Shown here piece after piece: positions 28,201-40,610 of a stretch of DNA of 64,000 nucleotides (its first letter is position 1; the number at the start of each line of letters is the position of its first letter). The DNA is from Macrostomum hystrix (lineage: Eukaryota; Animalia; Platyhelminthes), in the NCBI GenBank assembly GCA_950097015.1, contig CATNEN010000034.1, forward strand, positions 2,170,001 to 2,234,000. The letters run 5' to 3'. Under the pieces are notes generated by a model, which did no database searches, had not been told where the DNA came from, and saw only the letters and a program-made list of their open reading frames with translations. The translations under genes and the position numbers were made by a program.

Positions 28201-31200
28201 GCTCAAACTGACAGGATCTGAAAAGGTGACAGCTCACACTGACAGGATCTTAGATGGTGACAGCTCACACTGACAGGATCTGAAAAGGTGACAGCTCAAA
28301 CTGACAGGATCTGAGATGGTGACAGCTCAAACTGACAGGATCTGGGATGGTGACAGCTCAAACTGACAGGATCTGAGATGGTGACAGCTCAAACTGACAG
28401 GATCTGAAAAGGTGACAGCTCAAACTGACAGGATCTGAAAAGGTGACAGCTCAAACTGACAGGATCTGAAAAGGTGACAGCTCAAACTGACAGGATCTGG
28501 GACGGTGACAGCTCAAACTGACAGGATCTGAAAAGGTGACAGCTCAAACTGACAGGATCTGAAAAGGTGACAGCTCAAACTGACAGGATCTGAAAAGGTG
28601 ACAGCTCAAACTGACAGGATCAGGGAAGGTGACAGCTCAAACTGACAGGATCTGAAAAGGTGACAGCTCAAACTGACAGGATCAGGGAAGGTGACAGCTC
28701 AAACTGACAGGATCTGAAAAGGTGACAGCTCAAACTGACAGGATCTGAAAAGGTGACAGCTCAAACTGACAGGATCTGGGATGGTGACAGCTCAAACTGA
28801 CAGGATCTGAAAAGGTGACAGCTCAAAGCGAGAGGATTTGAACAGAGGAAGGTAGTTGTATGTGCCGTACCTGATCCTTCTCAATCTTGCCAACAGCGAA
28901 ATAGTAGGACTGCGGGTGTGCCAGGTAGACACCAGAAACGGAGGCGGCGGGCATCATGGCCAGGGTGTCGGAGAGCTCAATGCCGACCTTCTCCGGCTGG
29001 GCCAGCTGCCACAGGGTTCGCTTCTCGGTGTGATCCGGCTGGGAGGGATAGCCGGGAGCCGGGCGAATGCCATCGTAACTGCGATTCGGGCGAATGAAAA
29101 CTAATGGCTGATGAGCATGGACTCAGGTCAAAGACAATCAGTGAGTTCTTAGAGGACAATCAGTGAGATGTCTCAGGACAATCAGTGAGATGTCTCAGGA
29201 CAATCAGTGAGATGTCTCAGGACAATCAGTGAGATGTCTCAGGACAATCAGTGAGATCTTAATTTACATTTTAAGTAAATTAAAGATCATTGGTAACGCA
29301 GCAAGGTGTGAAGGCGGCTGTTACTCACTGCTGCCTGAGTAGTTCCTGAGCAGCCTCGGGTGTTAAATTGTCCAGCTCGGTTTCTGGCACGTCATTCTCG
29401 CATTCAGCTGAGTAGCCCCAGAGTCGGTGCCGCACCAGTAGGTGAAGCCGCTCAGCCAAGGCCTCGGCTAGGCGGTCGGCCAGCGCCTTGGCCATGATGC
29501 TGCTATAGTCATCGCCTGCCGCTTCGAAGTCTGCGCAGAGCTTGTCGCAGCCCAGGCCGGCTGTAACAGCGAAGATGCCGACGTAGTCTAACGGCTCGGA
29601 GCCCGACGCGGGCGGGCCTAAGGGAGCAGTTTGAAAAAATCTAACTAAGACAAGAAGTCAAGAAGACAAGAGAGCTTGTAGACCAATGATTAGAACTTAT
29701 GAATTCTGAACGAGAAGCCCTAATTACTCCAGTGACAGTACATCTAACTAAATGCAATTTATATCAATCTATGCCCAGTTGATAGATACTTTAAACAAAC
29801 TAACCAGGCCGGACAAAGTCGCTAATGCAGGCGCAATGGTCGTGCTGCTCCCGCACCGCCTGCTGACGGAGGCCACGCAGGGAGGCCAGTCGACGCCCGG
29901 TGTCATCCGGCTCAGTCAGCACAATGTCGTCGCCCTCGGAGTAGGCAGGATAGAAGGCCACGCTGGCGGCTGCGCGAAGTTGCTTCTCTTTGATGATGCG
30001 CGATAACATGGCCTGCGGAGTGCATGGTGAGTCGGGTGATACTGGAGTGTGTCAGGTGACACAGGAGTGAGTCAGGTGATACAGGAGTGAGTCAGGTGAC
30101 ACAGGAGTGAGTCAGGTGACACTGGAGTGAGTCAGGTGACACTGGGGAAGTGACACAGGAGTGAGTCAGGTGATACTGGAGTGAGTCAAGTGACACAGGA
30201 GTGAGTCAGGTGACACAGGAGTTGAGTCAGGTGACACTCACCTGAGCCTCATCGAACACCTGCTTGGCCTGTGCGCCAACCCGGGCGTCCTTGAAGATGG
30301 CCGGATAGCCTCTGTTGGGATAACGACCGCGCAGCTGCCAGACGTCAAAGAAAGGCTTCCAGTCGATGTAGGGAACCAGCTCAGACAGGTTCCAGTCGGA
30401 CCAATGGCGCACGCCGAGGAAAGTTGGTCGAGTAGGCGAATGAGAGTGCCAGTCAATGACCGGCTTGCGAGACCGGGCCTCCTTTAGACTGTAGTAGCGC
30501 CTCTCCTGCAGATAATATATTTTGATTATTTCATCATAAATTCTCTGCGATTGCGTTGTTCGTTAAGCCTAATTCACTGCTGCTCCCAAACCAAATGACC
30601 GATTTAAGTGAATGTCCACCATCTGAATCGACGCCCTTAACGATGAGCTACTTATCAAAGCCGTACGAGTCAGTATCGTCGAGATATCCGAGATATTGTC
30701 GGAGACACTGGTGACAAGGACAACTAAGATTGCCCTGCATAAGCCTCTATGGCGAACCCATATCGGTTTGAAAATGAAAAAATTAAATATTTAACCAATC
30801 TAAAATATCCTATATTGGTTATTTCTGCCACCAGCCACCCCGACAAGAATCGTTGAATATATCGACGATGGCGATGTTTAGTGATTCTGGAAGTTGTTTC
30901 ATCCGATGGAGAGGAAACTTTAGCCCGTGTTCTTGATTTTCATTGGTTGAATATTTCAGAAGATACAGAAAAACATTGTGAATTGTTAAAGACCCCATGG
31001 TCTACTGTTAATCGACCACAGTTCCGTCAGTACAATCACCTGCAGTCCGGCATAATGTTCTTCGCGAATGACAGCGTACTCCTCCGCTGTCTCCTCAGAG
31101 AAGTCGGCGCTGAGCCGACTATCCAGCAGGGCGCCAACTACCACAACCGCCTTGGAGGCGTCCGCAACGTGCACAACAGGTGAAGCGGTGTACCGCGGCG

Positions 31201-31986
31201 AAATCTTCACCGCCGTGTGCTGCCTACTGGTGGTGGCGCCGCCAATTAGTAGCGGCGTCTTCATGCCGCAACGCTGCATCTCCCTGCGAAATGAGCACGA
31301 ACACGAAGTGTATGAGCAATCACTGACTGAGGCGCAGTACAAATGTGTCAGGTAAACAAAGATGACACCCACCTAGCTACGTGAATCATCTCGTCCAGCG
31401 ATGGCGTAATCAGGCCGGACAATCCAATAATGTCGGCTTTCTCGTTTAAGGCCGTCTCAAGGATCCGCTCGCATGGCGTCATAACGCCCAGATCCACAAC
31501 TCGATAATTGTTGCAGCCGAGAACAACGCCGACAATATTCTTGCCAATGTCGTGCACATCGCCCTTGACCGTGGCCATGATCACAGTGCCGGCGAACTTT
31601 GGCTGCCCGTCATCAGCGGTGCCGTTCGCGGCGCACGCGGCCAATCGTTCGGCTTCCATGAAGGGCACCAGGTGACAGACGGCTTTCTTCATAACGCGCG
31701 CCGATTTGATCACCTGAGGCAGGAACATGCGGCCGGACCCGAATAGGTCGCCTACGATTGACATGCCGCGCATCAGGGGGCCTTCGATGATGTGCAGCGG
31801 CCTCGGATATCTGGAATGTGGATATATGTTCCAGGTGTGACAGATAGACAGACAGACAGCCACACAGTCAGACAGACCGACAGACAGAAGGACAGACAGA
31901 CACACAGACAGACTGACAGACAGACTGACAGACAGACAGACAGACACACAGACAGGCAGGCAGATAGACAGACAGACAGACAGAAG

Positions 31987-32046
<60 letters not shown>

Positions 32047-32049
32047 GTC

Positions 32050-32084
<35 letters not shown>

Positions 32085-32089
32085 GAGGC

Positions 32090-32138
<49 letters not shown>

Positions 32139-35100
32139 GGCAGGCAGATAGACAGACAGACAGACAGGCAGGCGGGCAGGCAGGCAGAAAGACGGACAGA
32201 CACACAAACATACAGATAGGCCAAAAGAACAGGCAAAATTGACAGACGGACAGACATACATAAGGACAAACAGACACAGTCAGGCAGTCAGACATACTGA
32301 CAGAAGGACAGACAGACAGACAGACAGGGATAAAACGCACGCACTTCTCTGTGCACAGGCGGGCCTCTTCAACATCCTGCACCACGTATCGGTCGATGCC
32401 GTGCACCAGGGCGTGCTCCAGCCTCGCTTCGACATCGCCGGCGCGCCAAGCCTCGGCGGCGTTGTCATCCTCGCGACGCGACCCAGCGCCGGCCTGGAGG
32501 CTCTGGGCGTAAGTCAGCATTCGCTCGGTGGCTTCGGGCCGCCTATTCAGGATGAGGTCCTCGCAGAGCTCCAGCAGTGCGGGCTCGATGTCGCTATAGA
32601 GCGGCAGGCAGCCGGCATTCACGATGCCCATGTCCATGCCAGCGGAGATTGCGTGATACAGGAACACAGAGTGCATGGCCTCGCGAAGGCTCTCCTTGCC
32701 GCGGAAGCTAAAGCTCAGGTTGGAGACGCCGCCACTGACGCGAGCACCGGGTAGGTTGGACTTGATGAAGCGGCAGGCGCCGATGAAATCCATGGCGTAG
32801 TTGTTGTGCTCGTCCATGCCCGTGGCGATGGTCAGGATGTTTGGGTCGAATATTATGTCGTTCGGGTTGAACTTCACCTGTTCAGATTCAGGTAGAGTTC
32901 ATGTCAGAAGGGTTCAGGTAGAGTTCATGTCAGAAGGGTTCAGGTAGAGTTCATGTCAGAAGGGTTCAGGTAGAGTTCATGTCAGAAGGGTTCAGGTAGA
33001 GTTCATGTCAGAAGGGTTCAGGTAGAGTTCATGTCAGAAGGGTTCAGGTAGAGTTCATGTTAGAAAGTTACCTATGGTTCAGGTAGAGTTCATTTTAGAG
33101 GGTTGCTGGTAATTTAGTTTGGAATTCATGATGAGGCTACATGGAATTAAAGCTAACAAGCTAAGAAGTTTTAAAGCGAAACCAACCTTCTCAGTGAGCA
33201 GCTGGTATGACCGCTGGCAGATCTCCACCTTCCTGTCCAGGTCGGCAGCTTGGCCCTGCTCGTCGAACGCCATGACAACCACGGCGGCTCCGTAGCGTTT
33301 GACAAGGGTGGCCTTGCGCAGAAAGTCTTCCTCGCCCTCCTTCAGGCTGATGCTGTTAACAATGCACTTGCCCTGGCAGCAGCGCAGGCCGGCCTCAATA
33401 ACAGAGAAGTTGGAAGAGTCTATGCACAATGGCAGGCGGGCCACGTCTGGCTCGGAGGAGATGAGATTCAGGAAGCGAGTCATGGAGACCGGGCCGTCCA
33501 GCATACCGTCGTCCATGTTAATGTCCAACACCTGGAACGATTTATTTTTTTCGAAACATATCGGCTAATTAGAAAAAATTTAAAGAGATCTTTTTAGCAG
33601 TAGAACTAGCCATTCCCCCCTGACAATTTTTGCTGCACCTGAACGGAGCATCGCAAGCACACGAAACTCAAGAACACGGGCCTACTTTTTTGTGCATTTT
33701 CTGGAACACTAATCATCTAGACGGACTGTTGGACCTTCAAGGGCTACAACATGTGGAACACCCTAGGCCAACATCGACACCCTGACGCGAATTTCTCCAA
33801 TTTCACTGATCAAGCCTAAATTGATCTTTGATCACAAACCAACACTGTTAGCATTCAGGCGCTAAAATTTTTTTCAGGGGGAATCCACCCGGATAACAGG
33901 CTTGGTAGTAATCCTACTGTTAAGTAGCATTTTGTAACGAATAAATAATATGCAAACTCACCTGGGCGCCATTTTCCACCTGCTCCTTGGCGACGCTCAG
34001 AGCCTCATCGAAGGCGCTAGTTTTAATTAGGCGACAAAATTTCCTACTGCCAGCCACGTTGCAGCGTTCGCCAATGTTTAGAAAATTGGTCTCCTTGGTG
34101 ACAATGCTGGCTTCGAGGCCGGACAGAACCAGAGCGTTCGGATGCGGATTCGGTCGAGTCCTGGGCCGATGCGGCCGCACAGCCTCGGCAATGGCCTGGA
34201 TATGAGCTGGAGTGGTGCCGCAGCAGCCGCCAACCATATTAACAAGGCCGTCGCGCGCAAACGCCTCCATGTGCGCGGCCATCATCGCTGGCGACTCGTC
34301 GTACTCGCCAAATGTGTTTGGCAGGCCGGCGTTAGGATAGCACAGGACAAAGGCGGGCGAGGCCAGGCCCAATCGTTCAATGAATGGCCGCATCTCGGAG
34401 GCCCCGAGGGCGCAGTTAAGGCCCAGGCAGAGCGGCCGTCCATGTGAGACGCTGGCCACGAAGGCCTCAGTGGTCTGCCCAGACAGGGTCCGGCCGCTGC
34501 GGTCCACGATAGTACCGGACACGAACAATGGCACCCTTTCGTAGGCTCCCGAGTCGAAGAGTGCCTCGATGGCGAAGATTGCAGCCTTGGCGTTGGCCGT
34601 GTCGAAGACGGTTTCAACTAGGAGCAGGTCGGCTCCGCCATCCAACAAGCCGCGAGTCTTCAAACAGAAAACAATTCGTCTTATAACTTAGATGAAATAG
34701 CCAGCGACGAGGCAATTATGCCTTTTCCGCTAAATCCTGAGCACACACGCACTCAGATAATGCACACTGGCACACGCTCACACAGGGTGTGTACATCTGC
34801 CCTAACTTTCTCATCGTCATGCAGTGTACACTCTCACTGTGCCTTGGAGCTGGGCCCTCAAGGAATCAATTGCACGACCACAAGCTAGACTTCTCTCCGT
34901 GGCTGCGCCCCAAATGAGTGTGGCCTCGCCGCGGAATCGAGCCCAGGGACCTTGGTGAAAGAGGCAAACGTGTTTCACCGCTCTGCCACTCCTCTCCTTA
35001 GTTACGGTGACACTCTACTCTGCATTCGTGCAATAGATTGCTCACCTGATCCGAGTAGGCCTCAACCAACTGTTCGAATGTGACATTGCGAAAATCTGGC

Positions 35101-35688
35101 CGCTCCACAGACGGCGAAATTGACAGCGTCCGATTGGTGGGACCGAGAGCTCCGGCTACGAAGCGAGGCCGGCGCGGTCGACCAGCCGCAGCGTCGGCGG
35201 CTTCAACATCGTCGCAGGCTCGCCGGGCGATGCGGGCCGACTCAGCGTTGAGCCTGTAGGCCAGGTGGGACAGTTCGTAATCTGCCTGAGCGATCGACGT
35301 GCCCGAGAAGGTGTTGGTCTCGATGATGTCCGAGCCGGCTTCTAGATATTGCTAGCAGTTTAGGATTTGGGGATTAAAGTTTATGGTCACATCACATTTT
35401 TATGATTTTAGATATCTCTTGGTAAGATTTTTATGTTTCAGAAAGAAATGAGCTACATTGAACCAAAGCCAAGTTTCTCACCTTGTGAATGTCATAGATG
35501 GCATTAGGTTTTGTCAGTGTCAGCAGATCATTATTACCCTTCAGTGGCTTTGGATGATTGGCAAACTCTGTGCCACGAAAATCGTCCTCTTCCAAATGCA
35601 GGCGCTGCACCATGGTACCCATGGCGCCATCCAAGATTAGAATGCGCTCATCTAGAGCTTCCTCAAGTAAAGTGGCAATTTTTCCCAT
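25297..35688 (-). CDS. MTR: Cobalamin-dependent methionine synthase (MetH/MTR), 12 exons, 1274 aa
   Basis: Exons 35688-35482, 35351-35046, 34657-33962, 33531-33187, 32877-32345, 31810-31373, 31283-31040, 30505-30242, 30012-29805, 29617-29329, 29078-28871, 25383-25297 total 3825 nt. Hcy domain ([26 protein letters not shown]), pterin domain ([21 protein letters not shown]), B12 motif [11 protein letters not shown], AdoMet domain ([17 protein letters not shown]), C-terminus [25 protein letters not shown]. Confidence 0.97.
25465..27165. repeat. 36-bp minisatellite in last MTR intron
   Basis: Unit GACAGTGAGAAGTAGACAATAAGATTGATTATGAGA, about 47 copies. Confidence 0.97.
27812..28827. repeat. 31-bp minisatellite in last MTR intron
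   Basis: Unit AAGGTGACAGCTCAAACTGACAGGATCTGAA, about 32 copies. Confidence 0.97.
29133..29258. repeat. 22-bp minisatellite (MTR intron)
   Basis: Unit GGACAATCAGTGAGATGTCTCA. Confidence 0.9.
30028..30240. repeat. 20-bp minisatellite filling an MTR intron from donor to acceptor
   Basis: Unit GGAGTGAGTCAGGTGACACA; the intron is 30013-30241. Confidence 0.93.
31838..32328. repeat. (GACA)n microsatellite filling an MTR intron
   Basis: Direct reading of sequence; the intron is 31811-32344. Confidence 0.97.
32885..33090. repeat. 26-bp minisatellite (MTR intron)
   Basis: Unit GGTTCAGGTAGAGTTCATGTCAGAAG, abutting the acceptor at 32878-32879. Confidence 0.93.
33602..33909. mobile_element. Shorter copy of the 4071-4622 MITE-like family (MTR intron)
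   Basis: Shares GCTGCACCTGAACGGAGC..GCAAGCACACGAAAC and GGACCTTCAAGGGCTACAACA blocks; ends in CTTGGTAGT. Confidence 0.65.
34681..34998 (-). mobile_element. tRNA-derived SINE, family 2 (MTR intron)
   Basis: Reverse complement: GGAGAGGAGTGGCAGAGCGGTGAAACACGTTTGCCTC...GGGCTCGATTCCGCGGCGAGGCC...GGGCAGATGTACACACC. Confidence 0.8.
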
Positions 35689-36392
35689 GCTTTCAAATAA
35701 TTAATTTTCTGGAATGTGTGAAGTAGTCAAACCTAATGTAGTTATAGTTTAACTAGCTATTACATGTGTATCAATTGAAAATATGCTTTGACTAGTTAGA
35801 GTACATAAAAAAAATTTGCAAATACATTTTAGAACTCACATTTTTTAGTTTAAAAATTATATATTTTTCAAAAAATACCTGATAGATCATTTTTTTAATT
35901 TATACTTTTATTTGCAATTAATTGTAGGTAATTAGCTTTTTTTAGTTAGCTAAATATAAAGAAATTAGCTAAAAGAGTATTTTCAATTAGATCTCTAAAC
36001 AAAAAGCCCAGTTTAGTCTCTTTAACTAAGATACATGTTATTATTGTTACAAGTGATCTACACTATAGTCATAGATTTCGGCCATAAATAATACTAGTCT
36101 AGAAAACAGTCAGTCTTGTGTCTATAAGATGTCTATAGATTATTTGTCTTCATCCAATCTGATTATTAAAAAACAAATTATCACAATTAGAAAATATAAA
36201 ATTAGGCAATCTTTCAGTTCTAGACTTTTAATTCTAAAATATTTTATAATGTCAATTTTAATGACTTTGAGACTTTATAACAAAATATACAATAAATGAC
36301 TAATGAACAACAAACAATAAACAAGCCACTTAGATGTTATAGTAGCACACACACTCATAACAGTGTAGGTAGTGTGCCACCCAGAAATTAAT

Positions 36393-36407
36393 GTTGCCAA
36401 AGGTAAC
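36393..36407. promoter_or_regulatory. Candidate RFX X-box upstream of MTR
   Basis: GTTGCC-AAA-GGTAAC fits GTNRCC(N0-3)RGYAAC; about 700 bp upstream of the MTR ATG. Confidence 0.3.
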
Positions 36408-36930
36408 AAGGCAAGGCAAGAAGCTAAAGCCTAACAAGTGAAAGCAACATAATTAAATGTGCAAAACTTAAAACTAGGTTTGCCAAAAATTGTAGTATTG
36501 CACTATTCACCAATCAGTAGGCGTCTAAGTCAAGGGACTAATGTTATCATACTTATACATAGAAACACCAAAATATATTACTACAATGTTGTATTACGAC
36601 AACGAATTTTATTTGTGCTTATCAAAAAATTGTAATAATTCGTTAGAAAATGATCCGCAAAACAATATTCCGATTAAGACTAACAATAAATGGCGAAGGC
36701 ACGTGGCGAGACATTCGATAAATAGTGACTTCGCTTCTATATATACACTTTTTTGTTGCGATTTCGAAGAAAATAGAGATAAACAAATTTACTGTAAAAA
36801 TGAATCGAATTTGCGTATAATTGTTAAAATTAGCTACATAAAATGAATTAAATTTAATTATCGTTTTACAAAATTGAAAAACGAATTAATGTCTTATCTT
36901 CTTCATCTAACGATTTAACAGGCTGTCAAT

Positions 36931-36980
36931 CAAGGACCACTAGAAGAGTATTCGTTAAGTTCTTCTTCTAGTGGTCCTTG
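36931..36980. mobile_element. 50-bp minimal CAAGG-family MITE (TIR ends only)
   Basis: CAAGGACCACTAGAAGA...TCTTCTAGTGGTCCTTG, a 17-bp perfect inverted repeat; flanks CTGTCAAT/TCGTCAAT (degenerate 8-bp TSD). Confidence 0.8.
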
Positions 36981-37050
36981 TCGTCAATATTGGTCCTGCT
37001 ACTTGGACGCGTAATATAAGAAGTAATAAAACTTTAAGATAACTTTCAGT

Positions 37051-37330
37051 CAAGGACCACTAGGAGTAGAAGGACGGGAAACTATGTTTCTTGGAAAAAA
37101 TGGAGGCAACAAAAAATCCTTCGCGAAAAAATACACTACGGAGATAGAAAAATTTCACTTATTTAGATTAAAATGTTGAGACTTTTTGATCATTTTGATC
37201 ATTTGACCATTTAAATCTGAAAAGGTAAAAGTTTCCTATCTCCGTAGTGTATTTTTTTTCGCGAAAACCGGTCTTCAAATTTTTTCCTAAGAAACATATT
37301 TTCCCGTCCTTCTACTCCTAGTGGTCCTTG
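37051..37330. mobile_element. 280-bp CAAGG-family MITE with perfect 8-bp TSD
   Basis: TIR CAAGGACCACTAGGAGTAGAAGGACGGGAAA... / ...TTTCCCGTCCTTCTACTCCTAGTGGTCCTTG; TSD CTTTCAGT on both sides. Confidence 0.92.
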
Positions 37331-38126
37331 CTTTCAGTATGTCACTATTGCCACGATTTATCGAGAATAATGTGAATGATAGTGCATGAATGCTGCATGT
37401 ATTACATAATACATCCGATAATACATAATACATGAATTTCAGAACTAGCCAAATTTCCCTAACGGAATTTCGATTCGCTCTCTTTCAAAGGAATTTTGAT
37501 ACTACCGCTGGCCTTGACGGAGTCCTAACTAGCGTCCTGAAGCTGCCGTTCCTGCAGCCTGCTAAACAAAAACTCCCCGATCGCTGGCGGATCCTAGCTC
37601 TCGCTCGCCAGACTCTTGGAGGCTATCAAAAATCGTGGCTATACCAAAAATTAAGGACCATCTACTATAGCCTTGATAACGATCGTGGGATCGCTCTGGA
37701 GTGCACTCTACCGAAGCTCCTAAACTAGATTCTTAGAAACCGTCTACTGCCCAAACTGGACCTGCTGCTCCTTAGCATCCAAAGCGGCTTCCGACCGGGT
37801 AGATCGACGCTCGAGCAGATTGCAAACGTCCGGAGTATTGTGGAGACACAATTCACCAGAAGTGTGCTTGTGGCGCCGTCGGTCTATCGCGGCCAGGCGC
37901 ATGGATAGCCTGAGCGTGGGCGGGCGCGGGGCCGCCAATGTCCTTTAACTCTTCGCTAACTTATTAATGTACATGCCTAGGGCGTGGCACGTTGCCACCG
38001 CTCAATAATATCGCACGTTGTACTTGTGTTTCGCGTTCTATATAAGTGATGTGACTGATGCACAAATATAATTATCTTGTTCGCTCTAAACTAACAAACA
38101 TATGAGTCTCTCTAAACGACACGACA

Positions 38127-40610
38127 ATGGCATCGCGAGCAGACGACCTGCCGCTGGACGACCCCGCAACGACGGAGGCCTGGTTGAGGAGCTTCGCCGC
38201 CCTGAGCCGCAATAAGAAATTGAAGGACACGGCAGAGGAGAGACAGGTGACGGACTTGTTCCTTGCCAGGGCAGGCGTAAGCGCAGTTCGTGTTATAAGT
38301 GTGATGGCGAGACCAAAAGAGCTGGAGGAGATGAACTTCGAGGACATCAGAAAGATGATCTTGGAAAAGGTTCGCCCAAAGAAGAAGCTGGTCATCGCCG
38401 AGCGCTCTCGGTTATTGTCCCTGCGCCAAGAAGCAACTGAGTCAGCACAAAATTTCGCCCAGAGACTTCGAGAGGCCGCTCGCTTCTGCGAATTCGACAA
38501 GCTGAACGCCGAAGACAGCAAACAGTCAGCAGAGGACGAGCTCATTCAGACAATGCTGGTCAGTGGCCTACACAATGCACAGCATCGCAGCAAAATTCTT
38601 GAGCACATCCAGAGCTCACAGCAACAGGTGACGCTCGAAAACAGCGTGGAGTTTGTCCAACAACTCGAGCTCATCCAGCAATACAGCGGAGCAGAAAGAC
38701 AGAAGGCACCGGAGCCAGCGACGATCGAGCCGGCGTCCATCGCCAGCGTGGACAAAAACCGCGGGGGCCCGAAGACCGCCTGCAAAGCCTGCGGCCTACA
38801 GCACCAGCCTGACCGCTGCCCAGCTTGGGGCAAAACCTGCAACAAGTGCCGCAAGCGAAACCATTTCGCGGTCGTGTGCAGATCCGGGACCAAGGCAGCG
38901 CATGAAGTCACGGAAACAGCTGGGGCCGACACTGTCTTCACAGTCAGCAGCACTCATCAGCAGAAGACCAGCAGCCTGAAGACAGTGCTGATCGAGGGTC
39001 AACGCATGGAGATGCAGCTGGACTCCGGCTCTGATGCCAGCATCATCCCGAGAAATTTCTGGCAGCAACTGGGTGAGCCGAAGTTGCGGAAATGCCCCCG
39101 GCAACTCAGGCAGTTCGACGGATCAGCCATCAAAACCCTCGGCAGCTTCACAGCGGCTGTCGAGCTAGAAGACAAGGTCGCCTGCGTGGACATCATCGTT
39201 GCGGCCTGCAACAAGACACACGGTCTGCTGGGCACCGACTTGCTGCAGTTCGACCTGGACGGCGTGTCCCTGCACAACGTCGAGGAAGCACCGGCAGTCA
39301 CGCTAGGAAAGCTTCGCGGATTCCGGGCCCGCATCGTTCTGAAGGACCAGGCCCGGCCTAGCTACTTCGAGGCTCGACCTGTCCCGATCCACCTGAAACC
39401 GCTGGTCATCGCTAAGCTCAGGAAGCTGATCAATGCCGGAATCCTGGAGACTGTCCGCCCCGGAGGCAGCCAGTGGGCATCCCCTATCGTCATCGTGAGG
39501 AAACCGGACGGCGACTTGCGGATCTGCGCCGACTACAAAGTGAGTGTGAACCCGCAAATTTGCGCAGACTCGTACCCGCTCCCGAACATCGAGACAGCCT
39601 TTACAGAGCTGTCAGGGATGTCCCACTTCGCCACGGTTGACCTTACGAACGCCTACAACCAGATCGAGCTAGACGAGTCGGCCAGGGAAATCCTCACTAT
39701 CAACACCCCGATCGGTTTGCTGCGCTGGACGAGGATGCCTTACGGCGTGAAAACTGCGAGCGCGCAGTTCCAAGCTGCCATGGAAGCCACGATCGGCGGT
39801 CTGGTGACGAACCAAGTGATCTATCAGGACGATGTATGCATCGGCGCCCGGACAGCAGCTGAACTGGACGCAAAAGTCGAACAACTGCTAGCCAAGCTGA
39901 GCAAGTCAGGGATGGAGATCAACGAGAAAAAGTGCGTCTTCAGGAGCACCGAAATATCCTTTCTGGGATACCGAATCTCTGCCGAAGGCATCCGGCCGGA
40001 CACCAAACTGGTGGAGAAAGTGCTGCAAACCAAAGCGCCAACGTGTCGGAAGGAACTGGAGTCATTCCTAGGGCTGACGAACTACTACGCCCGCTACATC
40101 CAGGCCTACTCCGAGCGAGTCGAGCCGCTGACTGCCTTAAGGAGTCGCCAGACACCGTTCAAATGGGGCCCGAACCAGCAGAAGAAGTTCGACGAACTTA
40201 AACGGGCGCTGGCGGCCTATCCGGTGATTCGGATCTTCGACCCGACGAAGCGCACGACTCTGACTACGGACGCTAGTGAGAAGGCGGTTTCAGCCATCCT
40301 CACGCAAGACGGCCATCCAGTGCTCTACCTCTCCCGGCGGCTGACGGCAGCCGAGCAAAACTATTCCAACATCGAGAGGGAGGCTCTGGCAATCGTGTGG
40401 GCGACACAGCGAACGAGTGCACATGGACCACGCGCACGTGCCTGGTGTCGGCTATCTGTTGATCGTCGTGGACGCGTTTTCTGGCTGGCCGGAGGCGGTT
40501 CGAGTACCAGACCGGAGCGCCCAGACAACTTTGCGCACTCTGCGGGCCATCTTCTCCAGGCTGGGTGTCCCGTGCACGCTGGTCTCGGACAACGCGGCCG
40601 AATTCTGTGA
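38127..40610 (+). CDS. Gag-Pol polyprotein (Gag, CCHC knuckles, protease, RT, N-part of RNase H); frameshifted after about 40412
   Basis: CNKCRKRNHFAVVC zinc knuckle, protease LDSGS, RT WASPIVIV...DLRICADY...YPLP...YQDD, RNase H TDAS...YSNIEREALAIVWA; unrelated sequence follows after the deletion junction. Confidence 0.9.
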   Translation: MASRADDLPLDDPATTEAWLRSFAALSRNKKLKDTAEERQVTDLFLARAGVSAVRVISVMARPKELEEMNFEDIRKMILEKVRPKKKLVIAERSRLLSLRQEATESAQNFAQRLREAARFCEFDKLNAEDSKQSAEDELIQTMLVSGLHNAQHRSKILEHIQSSQQQVTLENSVEFVQQLELIQQYSGAERQKAPEPATIEPASIASVDKNRGGPKTACKACGLQHQPDRCPAWGKTCNKCRKRNHFAVVCRSGTKAAHEVTETAGADTVFTVSSTHQQKTSSLKTVLIEGQRMEMQLDSGSDASIIPRNFWQQLGEPKLRKCPRQLRQFDGSAIKTLGSFTAAVELEDKVACVDIIVAACNKTHGLLGTDLLQFDLDGVSLHNVEEAPAVTLGKLRGFRARIVLKDQARPSYFEARPVPIHLKPLVIAKLRKLINAGILETVRPGGSQWASPIVIVRKPDGDLRICADYKVSVNPQICADSYPLPNIETAFTELSGMSHFATVDLTNAYNQIELDESAREILTINTPIGLLRWTRMPYGVKTASAQFQAAMEATIGGLVTNQVIYQDDVCIGARTAAELDAKVEQLLAKLSKSGMEINEKKCVFRSTEISFLGYRISAEGIRPDTKLVEKVLQTKAPTCRKELESFLGLTNYYARYIQAYSERVEPLTALRSRQTPFKWGPNQQKKFDELKRALAAYPVIRIFDPTKRTTLTTDASEKAVSAILTQDGHPVLYLSRRLTAAEQNYSNIEREALAIVWATQRTSAHGPRARAWCRLSVDRRGRVFWLAGGGSSTRPERPDNFAHSAGHLLQAGCPVHAGLGQRGRIL

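Noticed and set aside
31348-32877. Single 509-aa ORF as one MTR exon
   Set aside because: It reads through a (GACA)n-filled intron (31811-32344) with clear GT/AG ends; the CLSV repeats are not MTR sequence.
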